A stretch of DNA of 64,000 nt from Candidatus Woesearchaeota archaeon (lineage in GTDB: Archaea > Nanobdellota > Nanobdellia > SCGC-AAA011-G17 > JACPIM01), in contig CAZELK010000006.1 in NCBI GenBank assembly GCA_964513145.1, positions 10,081-74,080 on the forward strand, given 5' to 3'. The notes beneath the pieces are model-generated. The model ran no database searches. It worked only from the letters and a program-made list of their open reading frames with translations, and was not told the origin of the DNA. This document shows, piece by piece, positions 1-9,891 of the stretch (position 1 is its first letter; every line of letters starts with the position of its first letter). The translations under genes and the position numbers were made by a program.

Positions 1-2
1 GC

Positions 3-1298
3 AAACCCAATTCATCCTTATGTCCACTTTGTTTGGGACATCCTGGAAGCAAGCCAGTAATCAATAACAAAGCAATTGAATTAGGAATTAAATTGGGATT
101 GGCTTTAAATTGTACAATAAATAAAGAAAATTACTTTTCAAGAAAAACTTATTTTTACCCAGACATGAGCAAAAATTATCAAATAACACAATATGAATAT
201 CCTTTATGCATAAATGGACATGTCAGATTTAAAGATAAAATAATCAGAATAAAGAGAATTCATTTGGAAGAGGATCCGGCTTCTATACAATATCCAAAAA
301 CTATTTCTGATTCTGAATATTGCTTAATTGATTATAACAGATCTGGGGTTGCTTTATGTGAAATTGTTACAGAACCTGATTTAACTTCTGCTCAAGAAGC
401 CAGGGAATTTCTAGAACAATTAGCAACTATAATTGATTACCTAGAAATTTATGACTCTAAAAAATTTACAACAAGGGTTGATGCTAATGTTTCATTGCCA
501 GGAACAAAAAGGGTTGAGATAAAAAATATTACTGGATTTAAAGCTGTAGAAAAGGCAATCGGGTTTGAAATTTTAAGGCAGAAAGGCAAATTAAGAAGAA
601 ATGAAGAATTTAAACAAGAAACAATGCATTATGATTCTTTTAGCAATAAAGTAATCCCATTAAGAGAAAAAGAATTTGAAGAAGATTATGGATATATTTT
701 TGATCCTGACTTGCCGAAGATTGTTGTTGAAGAAAAATTAATCAAAAAAATTAAAGAAACTATACCAGAACTACCAACTGAGAAAATTGAAAGATTAATT
801 GAAAAATATAAAATTAGTGCAAATACAGCCAGTATTCTGGCTTCTGAAAGAGAAATTTGCGACTTGTTCGAAGAAAGTGTTAAAAAAATTGACAAAGAAC
901 TAGCTATAAATTTTATTACAGTTACATTAAAGAAAGTCCTTAATTATAATAATTTGAAATTAAAAGACAGCAAATTGACTTTGGATAATTTTATTAATTT
1001 ATTAAAATTAATTGGAAAAAAAGATTTAACATCAAGGATGGGTGATTTATTGCTGAGAAGACTTGTTTTGAGCAATAAAAATACTGATGAATTAATTAAA
1101 GAACTAGGTTTTAAAAAAATAGAGAATTTTGACAAGGCTGTTGATACTATATTGATCAAAAATAAAAAATCTGTTGAAGATTATAAAATGGGAAATTCCA
1201 AGGCTTTACATTTCTTAATCGGACAAATTTTAAGGGAATTAAAAGACAAAGCAGACCCAAAAAGCATTGAGAAAAAAATATTAGAAAAAATAAAATAA
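3..1298 (+). CDS. gatB: Asp/Glu-tRNA amidotransferase subunit B, 5-prime end outside the window
   Basis: Frame is open from base 3 (KPNSSLCPLCLGHPGSKP); motifs FSRKTYFYPDMSKNYQITQY, RIHLEEDP, IDYNRSGVALCEIVTEPD, VEIKNI; C-terminal YqeY-like ALHFLIGQILR. Confidence 0.95.
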   Translation, partial: KPNSSLCPLCLGHPGSKPVINNKAIELGIKLGLALNCTINKENYFSRKTYFYPDMSKNYQITQYEYPLCINGHVRFKDKIIRIKRIHLEEDPASIQYPKTISDSEYCLIDYNRSGVALCEIVTEPDLTSAQEAREFLEQLATIIDYLEIYDSKKFTTRVDANVSLPGTKRVEIKNITGFKAVEKAIGFEILRQKGKLRRNEEFKQETMHYDSFSNKVIPLREKEFEEDYGYIFDPDLPKIVVEEKLIKKIKETIPELPTEKIERLIEKYKISANTASILASEREICDLFEESVKKIDKELAINFITVTLKKVLNYNNLKLKDSKLTLDNFINLLKLIGKKDLTSRMGDLLLRRLVLSNKNTDELIKELGFKKIENFDKAVDTILIKNKKSVEDYKMGNSKALHFLIGQILRELKDKADPKSIEKKILEKIK

Positions 1299-1301
1299 AA
1301 A

Positions 1302-1520
1302 TTACCTTCGTTTAGAAGGTTTTTCCATACCCATACATGCCTGACATTCTGGGCAGTGGCACATTGCTACTGATCCGAATCCAATTAGCAAAAATAAAAC
1401 TGACCACCACTGGATATTCCAAAAAGTCCATACATTAAGGTCTTTTAATAAAAATAAGACACCAACAACTAAAAATAGAACACCACATAGCTTTCTACAT
1501 TTTTTACATCCCATCATCAT
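1302..1520 (-). CDS. Small two-TM membrane protein with Cys clusters at both ends
   Basis: 72 aa; CKKCRKLC, two hydrophobic helices, then CHCPECQAC; GGAGG-like RBS upstream. Confidence 0.75.
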   Translation of the reverse strand: MMMGCKKCRKLCGVLFLVVGVLFLLKDLNVWTFWNIQWWSVLFLLIGFGSVAMCHCPECQACMGMEKPSKRR

Positions 1521-1538
1521 TTTACATATCCTCCTTTT

Positions 1539-2090
1539 TTAAATTATACTAGCTTTTTTTATTACTACATCAGTTAAAGGTTTATCGCTTGTGTCTCTTT
1601 TTGCATTACTTATTTTGTCAACAACATCCATACCTTCAACTACTTTACCGAATACTGGATGTTTTGCATCTAAGAAATTATTATCAACTGTATTTATAAA
1701 AAATTGACTGCCACCAGTATTAGGACCTGCATTTGCCATTGATATAGTACCACGATTATTTTTATTATTTTTTGTAAATTCATCCTTTATTACATACCCT
1801 GGACCGCCTCTTCCTGTTCCAGTTGGATCACCGCCCTGAATCATGAAGTTCGGAATAACCCTATGAAAAATAACTCCGTCATAGAATTTTGAATTAACTA
1901 ATTTTTTGAAATTATCAGATGTAATTGGCATTGTATTTTCAAATAATTCTATCTTTATATTACCAACAGATGTTTCCAATAATACTATGCTGTTCATTTT
2001 ATTTTCTGTTTTAGGTGTACAACCAGTTATTAAAAATAACATTAATAAGATTACTACCTCTTTCCGCATTTTACTTATAATACTTGTCAT
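1539..2090 (-). CDS. ppiA: Cyclophilin-type peptidyl-prolyl isomerase, probably a lipoprotein
   Basis: FYDGVIFHRVIPNFMIQGGDP, RGTISMANAGPNTGGSQFFIN, HPVFGKVVEGMDVV; N-terminal hydrophobic stretch ending LITGC; start at 2090 or 2069 rather than 2180. Confidence 0.93.
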   Translation of the reverse strand: MTSIISKMRKEVVILLMLFLITGCTPKTENKMNSIVLLETSVGNIKIELFENTMPITSDNFKKLVNSKFYDGVIFHRVIPNFMIQGGDPTGTGRGGPGYVIKDEFTKNNKNNRGTISMANAGPNTGGSQFFINTVDNNFLDAKHPVFGKVVEGMDVVDKISNAKRDTSDKPLTDVVIKKASII

Positions 2091-2145
2091 ATTTATATAA
2101 CTTTCTAAGTGATAAATTTTTAAATGTAAAATATGTCTTATTATC

Positions 2146-2427
2146 ATGGTTAGATATAAACAAAGATGCATGCGCTGCAAAAATAATATGGTTATTGTAA
2201 CCCAGAATACAAAATTTCCTTTGTGCTACGACTGCCAAAAAGACGAACTGCATAAAGATATAAAAGACCCCAAAATGAAAAAGATGTTTGAAATACCTGA
2301 GGACTTTTATAAAAATAATGCGTTTTTAAGATCAATAAAAATCAATTACATCAGATTTGGAAAATTATCAGACAAACAAATAGAATGGTTTAATAAAACT
2401 GTAGATGGATTGAAGAAAGATAAATAA
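2146..2427 (+). CDS. Hypothetical Zn-finger protein
   Basis: 93 aa with CMRC...CYDC; fills the gap between flanking genes with typical codon bias. Confidence 0.75.
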   Translation: MVRYKQRCMRCKNNMVIVTQNTKFPLCYDCQKDELHKDIKDPKMKKMFEIPEDFYKNNAFLRSIKINYIRFGKLSDKQIEWFNKTVDGLKKDK

Positions 2428-2437
2428 TATTGAAACA

Positions 2438-3748
2438 TTACGGTGTTAATCTTTCTGGATCGCGGGGGAGCAATATTGCTTCACGTACATTTTCCAGATT
2501 TAACATTCTCTGGATTAACCTGTCAAAACCAATACCTGCTCCGCCATGAGGGGGAGTTCCGTATTTGAAAATATTAGCATAAAAAGACATTTTATCTAGA
2601 TCTATTCCCTTTTCTTTAGACTGCTCTTTTAAAATATTATAATTATTTTCTCTTTGTGAGCCTGAAGAAATTTCTACACCTTTGTAAACTAAATCAAATG
2701 ATTTTGTAACTTTTTTATTTAAACTTGAACGCATTTGATAAAATGGTTTTTTCTCCCAAGGATATAGTGTAATAAAAACCATATCTGAATCATATTTTTC
2801 TTTTATTATCTCGCCAATTAATTTTTCGCCCTCTGAATCTAAATCTTCATTTTCTTTTAATTTTTTTCCTTTTTTCTCTATTAGTTTTTTTGCTTCTTCC
2901 AATGTAATTCTTGGGACTTGTTTTGGAATATCAATTTTTACATTTAACAAATCTAATTCTTCTTTGCATTTTTCTTTTACACTTGCCAGAACAAATTTCA
3001 TTAACTCCTCAAGAACATCCATAACGTCGTTTTCATCTTTAATAAAACCCATTTCAATATCTATACCAGTAAATTCTGTTAAATGCCTTGTTGTATGGGA
3101 TTTTTCTGCCCTGAAAACTTCACCAATCTCATAGACCCTTTCCATGCCTGAAACTACGAACATCTGCTTGTAAACTTGCGGACTTTGTGTTAGGAATGCT
3201 TCTTTACCAAAATAATCAATACTAAATTGTTCAGCTCCAGATTCTACACCACCAGCTGTTATTTTTGGAGTATTAATAGAAATAAATCCTTTTTCCTCGA
3301 AAAAATTAGAAACTATATTGAAAACTTTTGATCTTACCTTGAATATTGCTGAAATTTGCGGTCTTCTTATATCCAAAAATCTATAGTCTAATCTTTTATC
3401 TATTAATGTTTTTGATTTCTCTGATGTGTCTATAGGCAGAGGAGTTAGTGATTCTGATAAAATTTTTAAATCTTCAACTGAAATTTCATAACCTTTTTTT
3501 GCTTCTTTGCTTGTCTTTACCTTTCCTTCGATTTCAACAACAGATTCTATTGATATTTTGTGAATTTTATTGAACAAATTTTCATTTATATTTTCTTTAT
3601 GAGAAACACATTGAATTAAACCAGTTTTATCTCTTAATAAAATAAACTGGACTTTACCTAAAGACCTTATTTCAGAAACCCATCCTTTTACAAGGACTTT
3701 TTTATCATTTAATTTTTCATTTATTTCCGATATAAAAATACGATCCAT
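2438..3748 (-). CDS. aspS: Aspartyl-tRNA synthetase, archaeal type
   Basis: N-terminal OB fold (GWVSEIRSLGKVQFILLRD); AFLTQSPQVYKQ, motif 2 FRAEKSHTTRHLTEF, motif 3 PPHGGAGIGFDRL, C-terminal PRDPERLTP. Confidence 0.95.
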   Translation of the reverse strand: MDRIFISEINEKLNDKKVLVKGWVSEIRSLGKVQFILLRDKTGLIQCVSHKENINENLFNKIHKISIESVVEIEGKVKTSKEAKKGYEISVEDLKILSESLTPLPIDTSEKSKTLIDKRLDYRFLDIRRPQISAIFKVRSKVFNIVSNFFEEKGFISINTPKITAGGVESGAEQFSIDYFGKEAFLTQSPQVYKQMFVVSGMERVYEIGEVFRAEKSHTTRHLTEFTGIDIEMGFIKDENDVMDVLEELMKFVLASVKEKCKEELDLLNVKIDIPKQVPRITLEEAKKLIEKKGKKLKENEDLDSEGEKLIGEIIKEKYDSDMVFITLYPWEKKPFYQMRSSLNKKVTKSFDLVYKGVEISSGSQRENNYNILKEQSKEKGIDLDKMSFYANIFKYGTPPHGGAGIGFDRLIQRMLNLENVREAILLPRDPERLTP

Positions 3749-3792
3749 TAAAAATTTGGTGATAACAAGAATTTATAACATTTGCGGTTGAA

Positions 3793-4251
3793 TTATGCGC
3801 CCTGAGCTATTTCTTTTGACCAGAACTCGTATGCCTCCTTATAAAATTTAAGCCCATTTTTCATTTCTTTTTCAGCATCCCTAAACTGAATATGGGAGAC
3901 TCCATAAATTAGATTAGACAGACCATTTCTAAAAAATCTGTCATCTCTTTTTGGGAAATTTAGTTTTATTTCTTCAGGTATTCCAGAAAATTTGATAATA
4001 TATTCATTGTCATTTTCGCTTCTTTTTTTATTATCATAAAAACAACATTTATATAATTTTATTAAGTCATAAAGAAAAATTACTTTTTGCAGGAAATCCC
4101 TTTCCCTTGTTTTAATTTTTAACATTGGACACAAGCATAAGGATTTTCGAAATGCATTGCTTTCCAAAGACTTTAAACTCACATTATCTACAAATTCTGA
4201 GATTCTTCCTTTATAAAAATTTATTTTAGTTTCTAATGAATTCTCACTCAT
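3793..4251 (-). CDS. Hypothetical protein
   Basis: 152-aa ORF with own ATG, no recognisable motif. Confidence 0.6.
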   Translation of the reverse strand: MSENSLETKINFYKGRISEFVDNVSLKSLESNAFRKSLCLCPMLKIKTRERDFLQKVIFLYDLIKLYKCCFYDNKKRSENDNEYIIKFSGIPEEIKLNFPKRDDRFFRNGLSNLIYGVSHIQFRDAEKEMKNGLKFYKEAYEFWSKEIAQGA

Positions 4252-4425
4252 TTTTAAGTTTTTGAAATGTTTTACTTATTTAATCTTTTGCTAATGGATT
4301 AAAACCTTTTTTATAAAGTTTTGAATTGAGATAAATAATGGCGAAGTCAGTTATTTATATTGAAACATTATAAACTTTTTAATCCTGGAAAATATAGTTC
4401 AAAGAATTTATTTTTAAGAATTATT

Positions 4426-4818
4426 TTAATATTTAAGAATTCTCAAATTAACTATTCTAGCATAATGAGCATCCCCAGTTATAAGCTTTTCATTATTTAT
4501 TCGAGCAATTGCAGCAATCATTATATCTTCTGTTTCTATTGTTAAACCTTTTTGTATAAGTTCAGCTTCTATTTCAGCAGCTTCTTTTGCACTTTTCTCA
4601 TCTAAATTTAATATCTCTAATGATTGTAAAAGTTCTATTATTTTAGATTTTTCTTTTTCTGATTGACCAGAGATTAAAGCGCCTGTCCAAAGTTCCATAA
4701 CTGAAGGAGCTGCGATTGTTAATCTTGTTTCTGTTCTGTCAATTTCTTCTTTTAAAGCTTTTACTATTTCTTTTCCCTGCAACAAATCAATTATAAAACT
4801 TGTTTCTAAGCACGCCAT
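4426..4818 (-). CDS. vapC: PIN-domain (VapC-like) toxin
   Basis: CLETSFIIDLL, SVMELWTG, IETEDIMIAAIA, LITGDAHY PIN motifs; 2 bp after an antitoxin gene. Confidence 0.88.
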   Translation of the reverse strand: MACLETSFIIDLLQGKEIVKALKEEIDRTETRLTIAAPSVMELWTGALISGQSEKEKSKIIELLQSLEILNLDEKSAKEAAEIEAELIQKGLTIETEDIMIAAIARINNEKLITGDAHYARIVNLRILKY

Positions 4819-4820
4819 TT

Positions 4821-5072
4821 TTATTTTTCTTTAAATTTGTTAACAATTTGCTTTATTCTTAGTCTATGTGTTTCATTACGTTTTTTTCTTAATTCGTAAA
4901 CTGAGTTTTCCAGTTTTCTTCCTTTTTCTTCCGATAAAATACCAAAAAAATTGCTAAGGGGCTTACGTTTTGAAACTCTAATAATTGTTTCACTAAAACT
5001 CTCTCTTGGGGCTTTTAATGATCTAAGGGCTTCATAAGCTTCCTTTGTTACAGTGATAGTTTTTATTGCCAT
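4821..5072 (-). CDS. vapB: VapB-like antitoxin (archaeal DUF217-type)
   Basis: KTITVTKEAYEALRSLKAPRESFSETIIR N-terminus; immediately upstream of the PIN gene. Confidence 0.85.
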   Translation of the reverse strand: MAIKTITVTKEAYEALRSLKAPRESFSETIIRVSKRKPLSNFFGILSEEKGRKLENSVYELRKKRNETHRLRIKQIVNKFKEK

Positions 5073-5124
5073 ATTATGTTTAATAATGTTTAATTATATA
5101 AACGTTACTATGTTTAGTTTAGAA

Positions 5125-6549
5125 TTATTTTAATAATTTTTTTAATAAATCAGAAAGTTTTTTTCCGTCAATTGAGCCTCTAAATGTTTTCATTGCTTCG
5201 CCCATTAAAGCTGAAAATGAAGCTCCTTTATTTTTAATTATTAATTCTTTTAATTTTATTTCTACTTCTTTTACATTAATTTGTTTATATTTATTTAAAT
5301 CAATGTGCTTGCCTTGGGCTAAGTCCAATAATATCTCTTTTGCAGCTTCTCTTGTTATTCTTTTTTCTTGGAGATTTTTAAAAATAAACTCAAAATCTTT
5401 TTGTGATAATTTTTCTGGGCTGACATTAAATCTTCTTCTTATTTCTTTTGGATATTCAACCAATAACTCAGCCATCAAACTTGGATTTAGACAGTATTTT
5501 TCAGAATAATAGTCAAAAGGTATGCTTTCTTCCAAAATTTCTCTTGCAAGCTGTTCGTTTATTTTATATTTTTTCTCGAAATTTATTGCTCTTTCTGTTA
5601 GTAATTCTGGTATTTCAATTTGAGACAATAACTCTTTTGTTATTCTTATTAGAACTATATCTGTCTCAACATACATTCTGGAGCCTGTTGGCATTGGTCT
5701 TAAAAATGTTGATGTGAAATCCGGCTCAACTTTTCTAACTTCTGCTTTTAATTCTTTTTTATTTTTTATATTTTCTAATTGCCTATTTATTTCATTTTCT
5801 ATTGTTTTTGGAATTCCTCTTAAATCCTGAAAACCTTTTAATTCTACTCTTGGATGGTCTTTAATACTTACATTCACATCCTGTCTTATTGAACCCAATC
5901 CAGATTTAAATTTTCCTGTTGATTTTAATATCATCCCCAAATATTCAGCAATTTCTTTTGCATGTTCGGGATCTTTTATACTTGAATCTGTTGCTATTTC
6001 TATTAATGGAATTCCTAGTCTGTCTAAATTATAAATAACTGATTTTTCATCTTGTTTTATTTTTTTAGCCGCTTCTTCTTCTAAACAAATTGTGGGAATT
6101 TTTACTTCCCCTTTTGAAGTTTTTATAGAACCATTAATTGCGATTAAAGTAGTTCTTTGGAAACCAGAAATATTAGAACCGTCAACTATAACCTTTCTCA
6201 TTATTTGAATTTCATCAATTATTTTTGCATTTGTTAAAATAGCAACCTGTAAAGCAACTTTTAGTGCTTCTTTATTTAATTTTTCGGGCGGGGATTCGTC
6301 CAAATCAACTAAACAAGTTGTGTCTTTATTAATTTCATATATAAAGATTTTATCTTTTTGTGTTTCATATAAAGCAGCTATATCTATTCCCCCTAATTCT
6401 CCGGCAGAAGCTTTTAATTTTCTTTTAATTGTATGGTCTACTTTTTCTGTATTTGTCAAAGAAGGACATTCACAAAATAATTTATGAGTTTCAATCTGCC
6501 TGTGAATTTCTAGACCAATACGTAAACCTAATTCTTTATAATTTAGCAT
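5125..6549 (-). CDS. gatE: Glu-tRNA(Gln) amidotransferase subunit E, short form
   Basis: LGLRIGLEIHRQ, KLFCECP, RKVIVDGSNISGFQRT, LDRLGIPLIEIAT, GSIRQDVNVSI, RMYVETD. Confidence 0.93.
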   Translation of the reverse strand: MLNYKELGLRIGLEIHRQIETHKLFCECPSLTNTEKVDHTIKRKLKASAGELGGIDIAALYETQKDKIFIYEINKDTTCLVDLDESPPEKLNKEALKVALQVAILTNAKIIDEIQIMRKVIVDGSNISGFQRTTLIAINGSIKTSKGEVKIPTICLEEEAAKKIKQDEKSVIYNLDRLGIPLIEIATDSSIKDPEHAKEIAEYLGMILKSTGKFKSGLGSIRQDVNVSIKDHPRVELKGFQDLRGIPKTIENEINRQLENIKNKKELKAEVRKVEPDFTSTFLRPMPTGSRMYVETDIVLIRITKELLSQIEIPELLTERAINFEKKYKINEQLAREILEESIPFDYYSEKYCLNPSLMAELLVEYPKEIRRRFNVSPEKLSQKDFEFIFKNLQEKRITREAAKEILLDLAQGKHIDLNKYKQINVKEVEIKLKELIIKNKGASFSALMGEAMKTFRGSIDGKKLSDLLKKLLK

Positions 6550-7692
6550 TTTTTACTTTATTACTTAATCTATCCCATTTCATAGTATCTTTTTCAAAAA
6601 AAGATAATGCTTTTACTAAGTTCTTTTTATTTAAAGATTTTGATATGCAAATCCATCGACCATAATTATCTAATTTTATTTTTTTCATTGGTAATAGTTT
6701 AGATAATATCTCATGACATCCCCTGATTATTTTTTTACTTTTACACGAAACTTGTATATTTCTTGTTTTTCTAAGTACATGCCCTTCAAAAGTCATAAAG
6801 CCACATAAAAAGGCAATTCGAAATTTTAAATTTGAATTTTTAATCAATTTTGGTTCTGTTACAGTATACGTTTTCTCACCTAAAGGAAAGCCCAAAAATT
6901 TATTTAAGTATCTAACAACAATTTTATTATCTAAATCAATTCTAAAGGCTTTCTTTTTCTTACATTTCTTTAATTTCGATTTTATTCCAAATATATGAAA
7001 AATCCAACCTTGAAGTTTTAGCATTGAACTCTCATACGCTTCTGTAATATTTATAGCGTTGGATATTGTTAAAGTAATTTGTTTATTTTCTCTAAATTTA
7101 TATAGTTCTTTAGGAATAATTGATATTGTATTTTTTAGTGTGTATTTTTTAGTCTAATTCTTAAAGCCTTTTTTGTTTTAAATATTTTAAATTCGTAATT
7201 ATTATTTTTTAAAATTTTAATTAAATCTTCTTTAATTTTTGAATCTTTAATTTCTATTCCTATCCTATTACATATATTGCCGTCTGCTGCATGCGCTCCA
7301 CAAATTTTCGCTAGATCTATATTAATAGTTTTAACAGCTTTTATTGGTTTCGACTTATTACTATTACATTTAATATATTCAACATTTTCATTTATTAAAT
7401 TAAAGTATTTGGGAGCTTTACATAAGGATATGACCATTTCAAATAAGGGAATTGGAATCCATTCGCGATCATTATAAATTATTTCTTCAATTGGTCCTAA
7501 ACTACATTTTAATCTATTCTTAATAATTCTAGATAACTCCTTCTTTGATAATTGCTTTTCTTCTATTATTTGGTTGAATAAACCCATAAAACTCTTTCTT
7601 AAATTCTTTCCCTTAAAACAAATCCAACTTTTTGGCGAGATATCTACTTTTTTATCATGAAGTTTAAATAAATCAAATTTATTTTTAGACAT
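6536..7692 (-). pseudogene. Free-standing two-motif LAGLIDADG endonuclease-family gene, frameshifted
   Basis: ORFs 7135-7692 (LAKICGAHAADG) and 6536-7024 (FLCGFMTFEG) join into one ~380-aa frame (RLKNTISIIPKEL...ESSMLKLQGW) when one copy of the 14-bp duplication at 7127-7154 is removed. Confidence 0.75.
7127..7154. repeat. 14-bp-period tandem duplication
   Basis: TGTATTTTTTAGT at 7127-7139 and 7141-7153. Confidence 0.9.
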
Positions 7693-7914
7693 TTAATAAT
7701 GGTAGGTAAGTTATTATATAAACTGCAGGCTGGTCTTTGTCTTGTCTAGTAGTTTTGTCCTGTTGTTAAAATGTTGTTATAAGCCTTATAAATCAATTTT
7801 AGTCCGAAAGATTTTTGGTTGTCTTGTATTAATTTTCGGAGAAGTCGGAAATTTTACGAAATTAATAGTTCTAGAACACAAATCTTTTTATATTAATCTT
7901 ATCACGAATAATTT

Positions 7915-8205
7915 ATGGGTGGGGGTACAGGTGATTGCGAACTTGGAGATTCTGAGTTAAAGGAAGTTTATAGTTTAGAATTTTTAACAACTATTGATGG
8001 GGAAGAATTTACAAGGAAGCAAATTGGCTTTTCAAAGGAGAAGTTTGTTGTTTTAAATGTACATGGCTCCAGATGTGAACATAAAGAGGTTCAAATAGGT
8101 CCTGATTTATATGCTTTATTTAAGGAACAAGCTTTAAAAGGAAGTTATAGGTCTGCAAAAGAGTTTTGTGCAGGCTTAGAAAAATCTCCTGAGAAAATTT
8201 ATTAA
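7915..8205 (+). CDS. Hypothetical protein
   Basis: 96-aa ORF whose stop overlaps the convergent gatD stop; no motif. Confidence 0.55.
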   Translation: MGGGTGDCELGDSELKEVYSLEFLTTIDGEEFTRKQIGFSKEKFVVLNVHGSRCEHKEVQIGPDLYALFKEQALKGSYRSAKEFCAGLEKSPEKIY

Positions 8206-9485
8206 TTTATTTCTGTTCTTTTTGATATTTCGCCATGTAAATTTTCATGAAATAATTCCTTAACTTTATTTTTAGGATAATTGCTTAAAAGCCAGGCTAT
8301 TTTTATAAAAGCAGTTTCTGTTAATATATCCAGTAAATTTCCTATTACTCCTGCTTCCTGCAATAAACGACCTGTAGAATAAACATTCATATTTATTCTA
8401 CCGTAAATTGTTTGGGAGGTAGCTATTACAGGAATTTTTTTAGCTAATTTTTTTATTTCATTGTATATTTTTTTATTTTCTTTTGTGTATTTGTCAATTT
8501 CATTTATTGGAAAATTACCTGCAAGACCAAAACCTTCCAATATTAGCGCATCAAAATTTCTGTAATTAGATATCTCTTTTGAAATCATATTTGGGTGTGA
8601 TTTAAGAATGCCTATTTTCAATTTAGAATTAAATAGATTTAATTTTAAAGATTTATTTTCTTTTTTAACATGCGGCTTTAAGAATGTAATATTGCCTTTT
8701 GAACTAATTCTTGCAATTGGCGAATCATTAACAACTTTAAAGGCATCTCTTGATGACGTGTGCATTTTTCTTGTTTTTAATGACGGCATTATCAAGCAGT
8801 TATCATCATTTGTTGATTCGTGCATGCAAATTGCAACGCCCTGAAAATCTGTTTTTGCTATAAAATTCGCTGCAGATATCAAATTTAATGCTGCATCAGT
8901 ACTACCCCTGTCTGAGCTTCTTTGAGAACCTACCAAAATTACCGGGACATTTAAATTTTCCAGAATAAATGTTAATGATGCTGATGTGAAGGCTAATGTG
9001 TCTGTGCCATGAGTTATTATTATGCCGTCAACCCCTTCTTTTATTTCCTTTTCAATTTCCTTTGCTATAATATTATAGTGATTAAAATTCATGTCTTCTG
9101 AGAACATGCTGCTGATTAACCTTGATTTTATATTTGCTATTTTTTGAAGCTCGGGAAACATTGCAATGATTTCTTCTGGGGTAAATTTTGATATTACACC
9201 CCCAGTTTCATAAGAAACCCTGCTTGAGATTGTTCCACCAGTATGAAGAATAGAAATTGTTTTTAGTTCTTTTTTAAATTGGATCTTTTGCTGTTCCTGA
9301 TTTTTCTCTTCAAATTTCTTTATTAATTTTATAGATTTAATATTCTTTTTTAGAATTCCAATATTATACCCTGAAGACAACTTTATTACAATAATTTCCT
9401 TATTTTCTGATGGAACAAATGCCCCATTTAATACCCCTTTATTTGTGCTGATCTCTATTAAGTCGCCCAAATTAAAATTCTGCAT
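8202..9485 (-). CDS. gatD: Glu-tRNA(Gln) amidotransferase subunit D
   Basis: Sm-like N-terminus (IVIKLSSGYNIG); asparaginase motifs TGGTISSRV, ITHGTDT, GSQRSSDRGSTD, RKMHTSSRDAF. Confidence 0.95.
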   Translation of the reverse strand: MQNFNLGDLIEISTNKGVLNGAFVPSENKEIIVIKLSSGYNIGILKKNIKSIKLIKKFEEKNQEQQKIQFKKELKTISILHTGGTISSRVSYETGGVISKFTPEEIIAMFPELQKIANIKSRLISSMFSEDMNFNHYNIIAKEIEKEIKEGVDGIIITHGTDTLAFTSASLTFILENLNVPVILVGSQRSSDRGSTDAALNLISAANFIAKTDFQGVAICMHESTNDDNCLIMPSLKTRKMHTSSRDAFKVVNDSPIARISSKGNITFLKPHVKKENKSLKLNLFNSKLKIGILKSHPNMISKEISNYRNFDALILEGFGLAGNFPINEIDKYTKENKKIYNEIKKLAKKIPVIATSQTIYGRINMNVYSTGRLLQEAGVIGNLLDILTETAFIKIAWLLSNYPKNKVKELFHENLHGEISKRTEIN

Positions 9486-9891
9486 TTATTTTAAATAAAA
9501 TTACAAGTATAAAAATTATATTATTTTAAACTTTTATAAAATTGAGTTAATATGTTTACTAGAAAATATATTTTCAAACTTATATCTTCTACTTCAAAAA
9601 TATTTATATATTCAGAAAGAGTAAATAAATAATATTAAATTAAAAAGTTCATTTCGTGTGTTTGATTTTAATTGGCGTTAAAATCAACTTAGTGTGTTTG
9701 AAATGAAATTTGGCTAATTTATTTCTAAACTAATTAGATTTATTTTCTTTGGCTTGAGTTTAAATCATTTAATCATTAAACCCTGAAAATTTATTTCTAA
9801 GAAGAATATATTATGAACTATAATATAAACTTTGTTGTGGTTCAGTATATATATCAAGATCAAAAATAAAAAAGTGGGGAGGAGAGTTAAT

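Noticed and set aside
6536-7692. LAGLIDADG region as an intein in gatE
   Set aside because: gatE has its own complete N-terminus at 6549, the frames differ and no Hint splicing blocks are present
7742-7960. 72-aa ORF and a TCCGAAA/TTTCGGA inverted repeat upstream of the LAGLIDADG gene
   Set aside because: Non-ATG start, no motif, and the 7-bp IR is too short to call a mobile-element end
9832-9891. Upstream TTG/ATT-type starts given for ftsZ, cyclophilin, sufC, the 50432 ORF and COG0523
   Set aside because: Downstream ATGs match family N-termini or RBS position, so the extensions were trimmed
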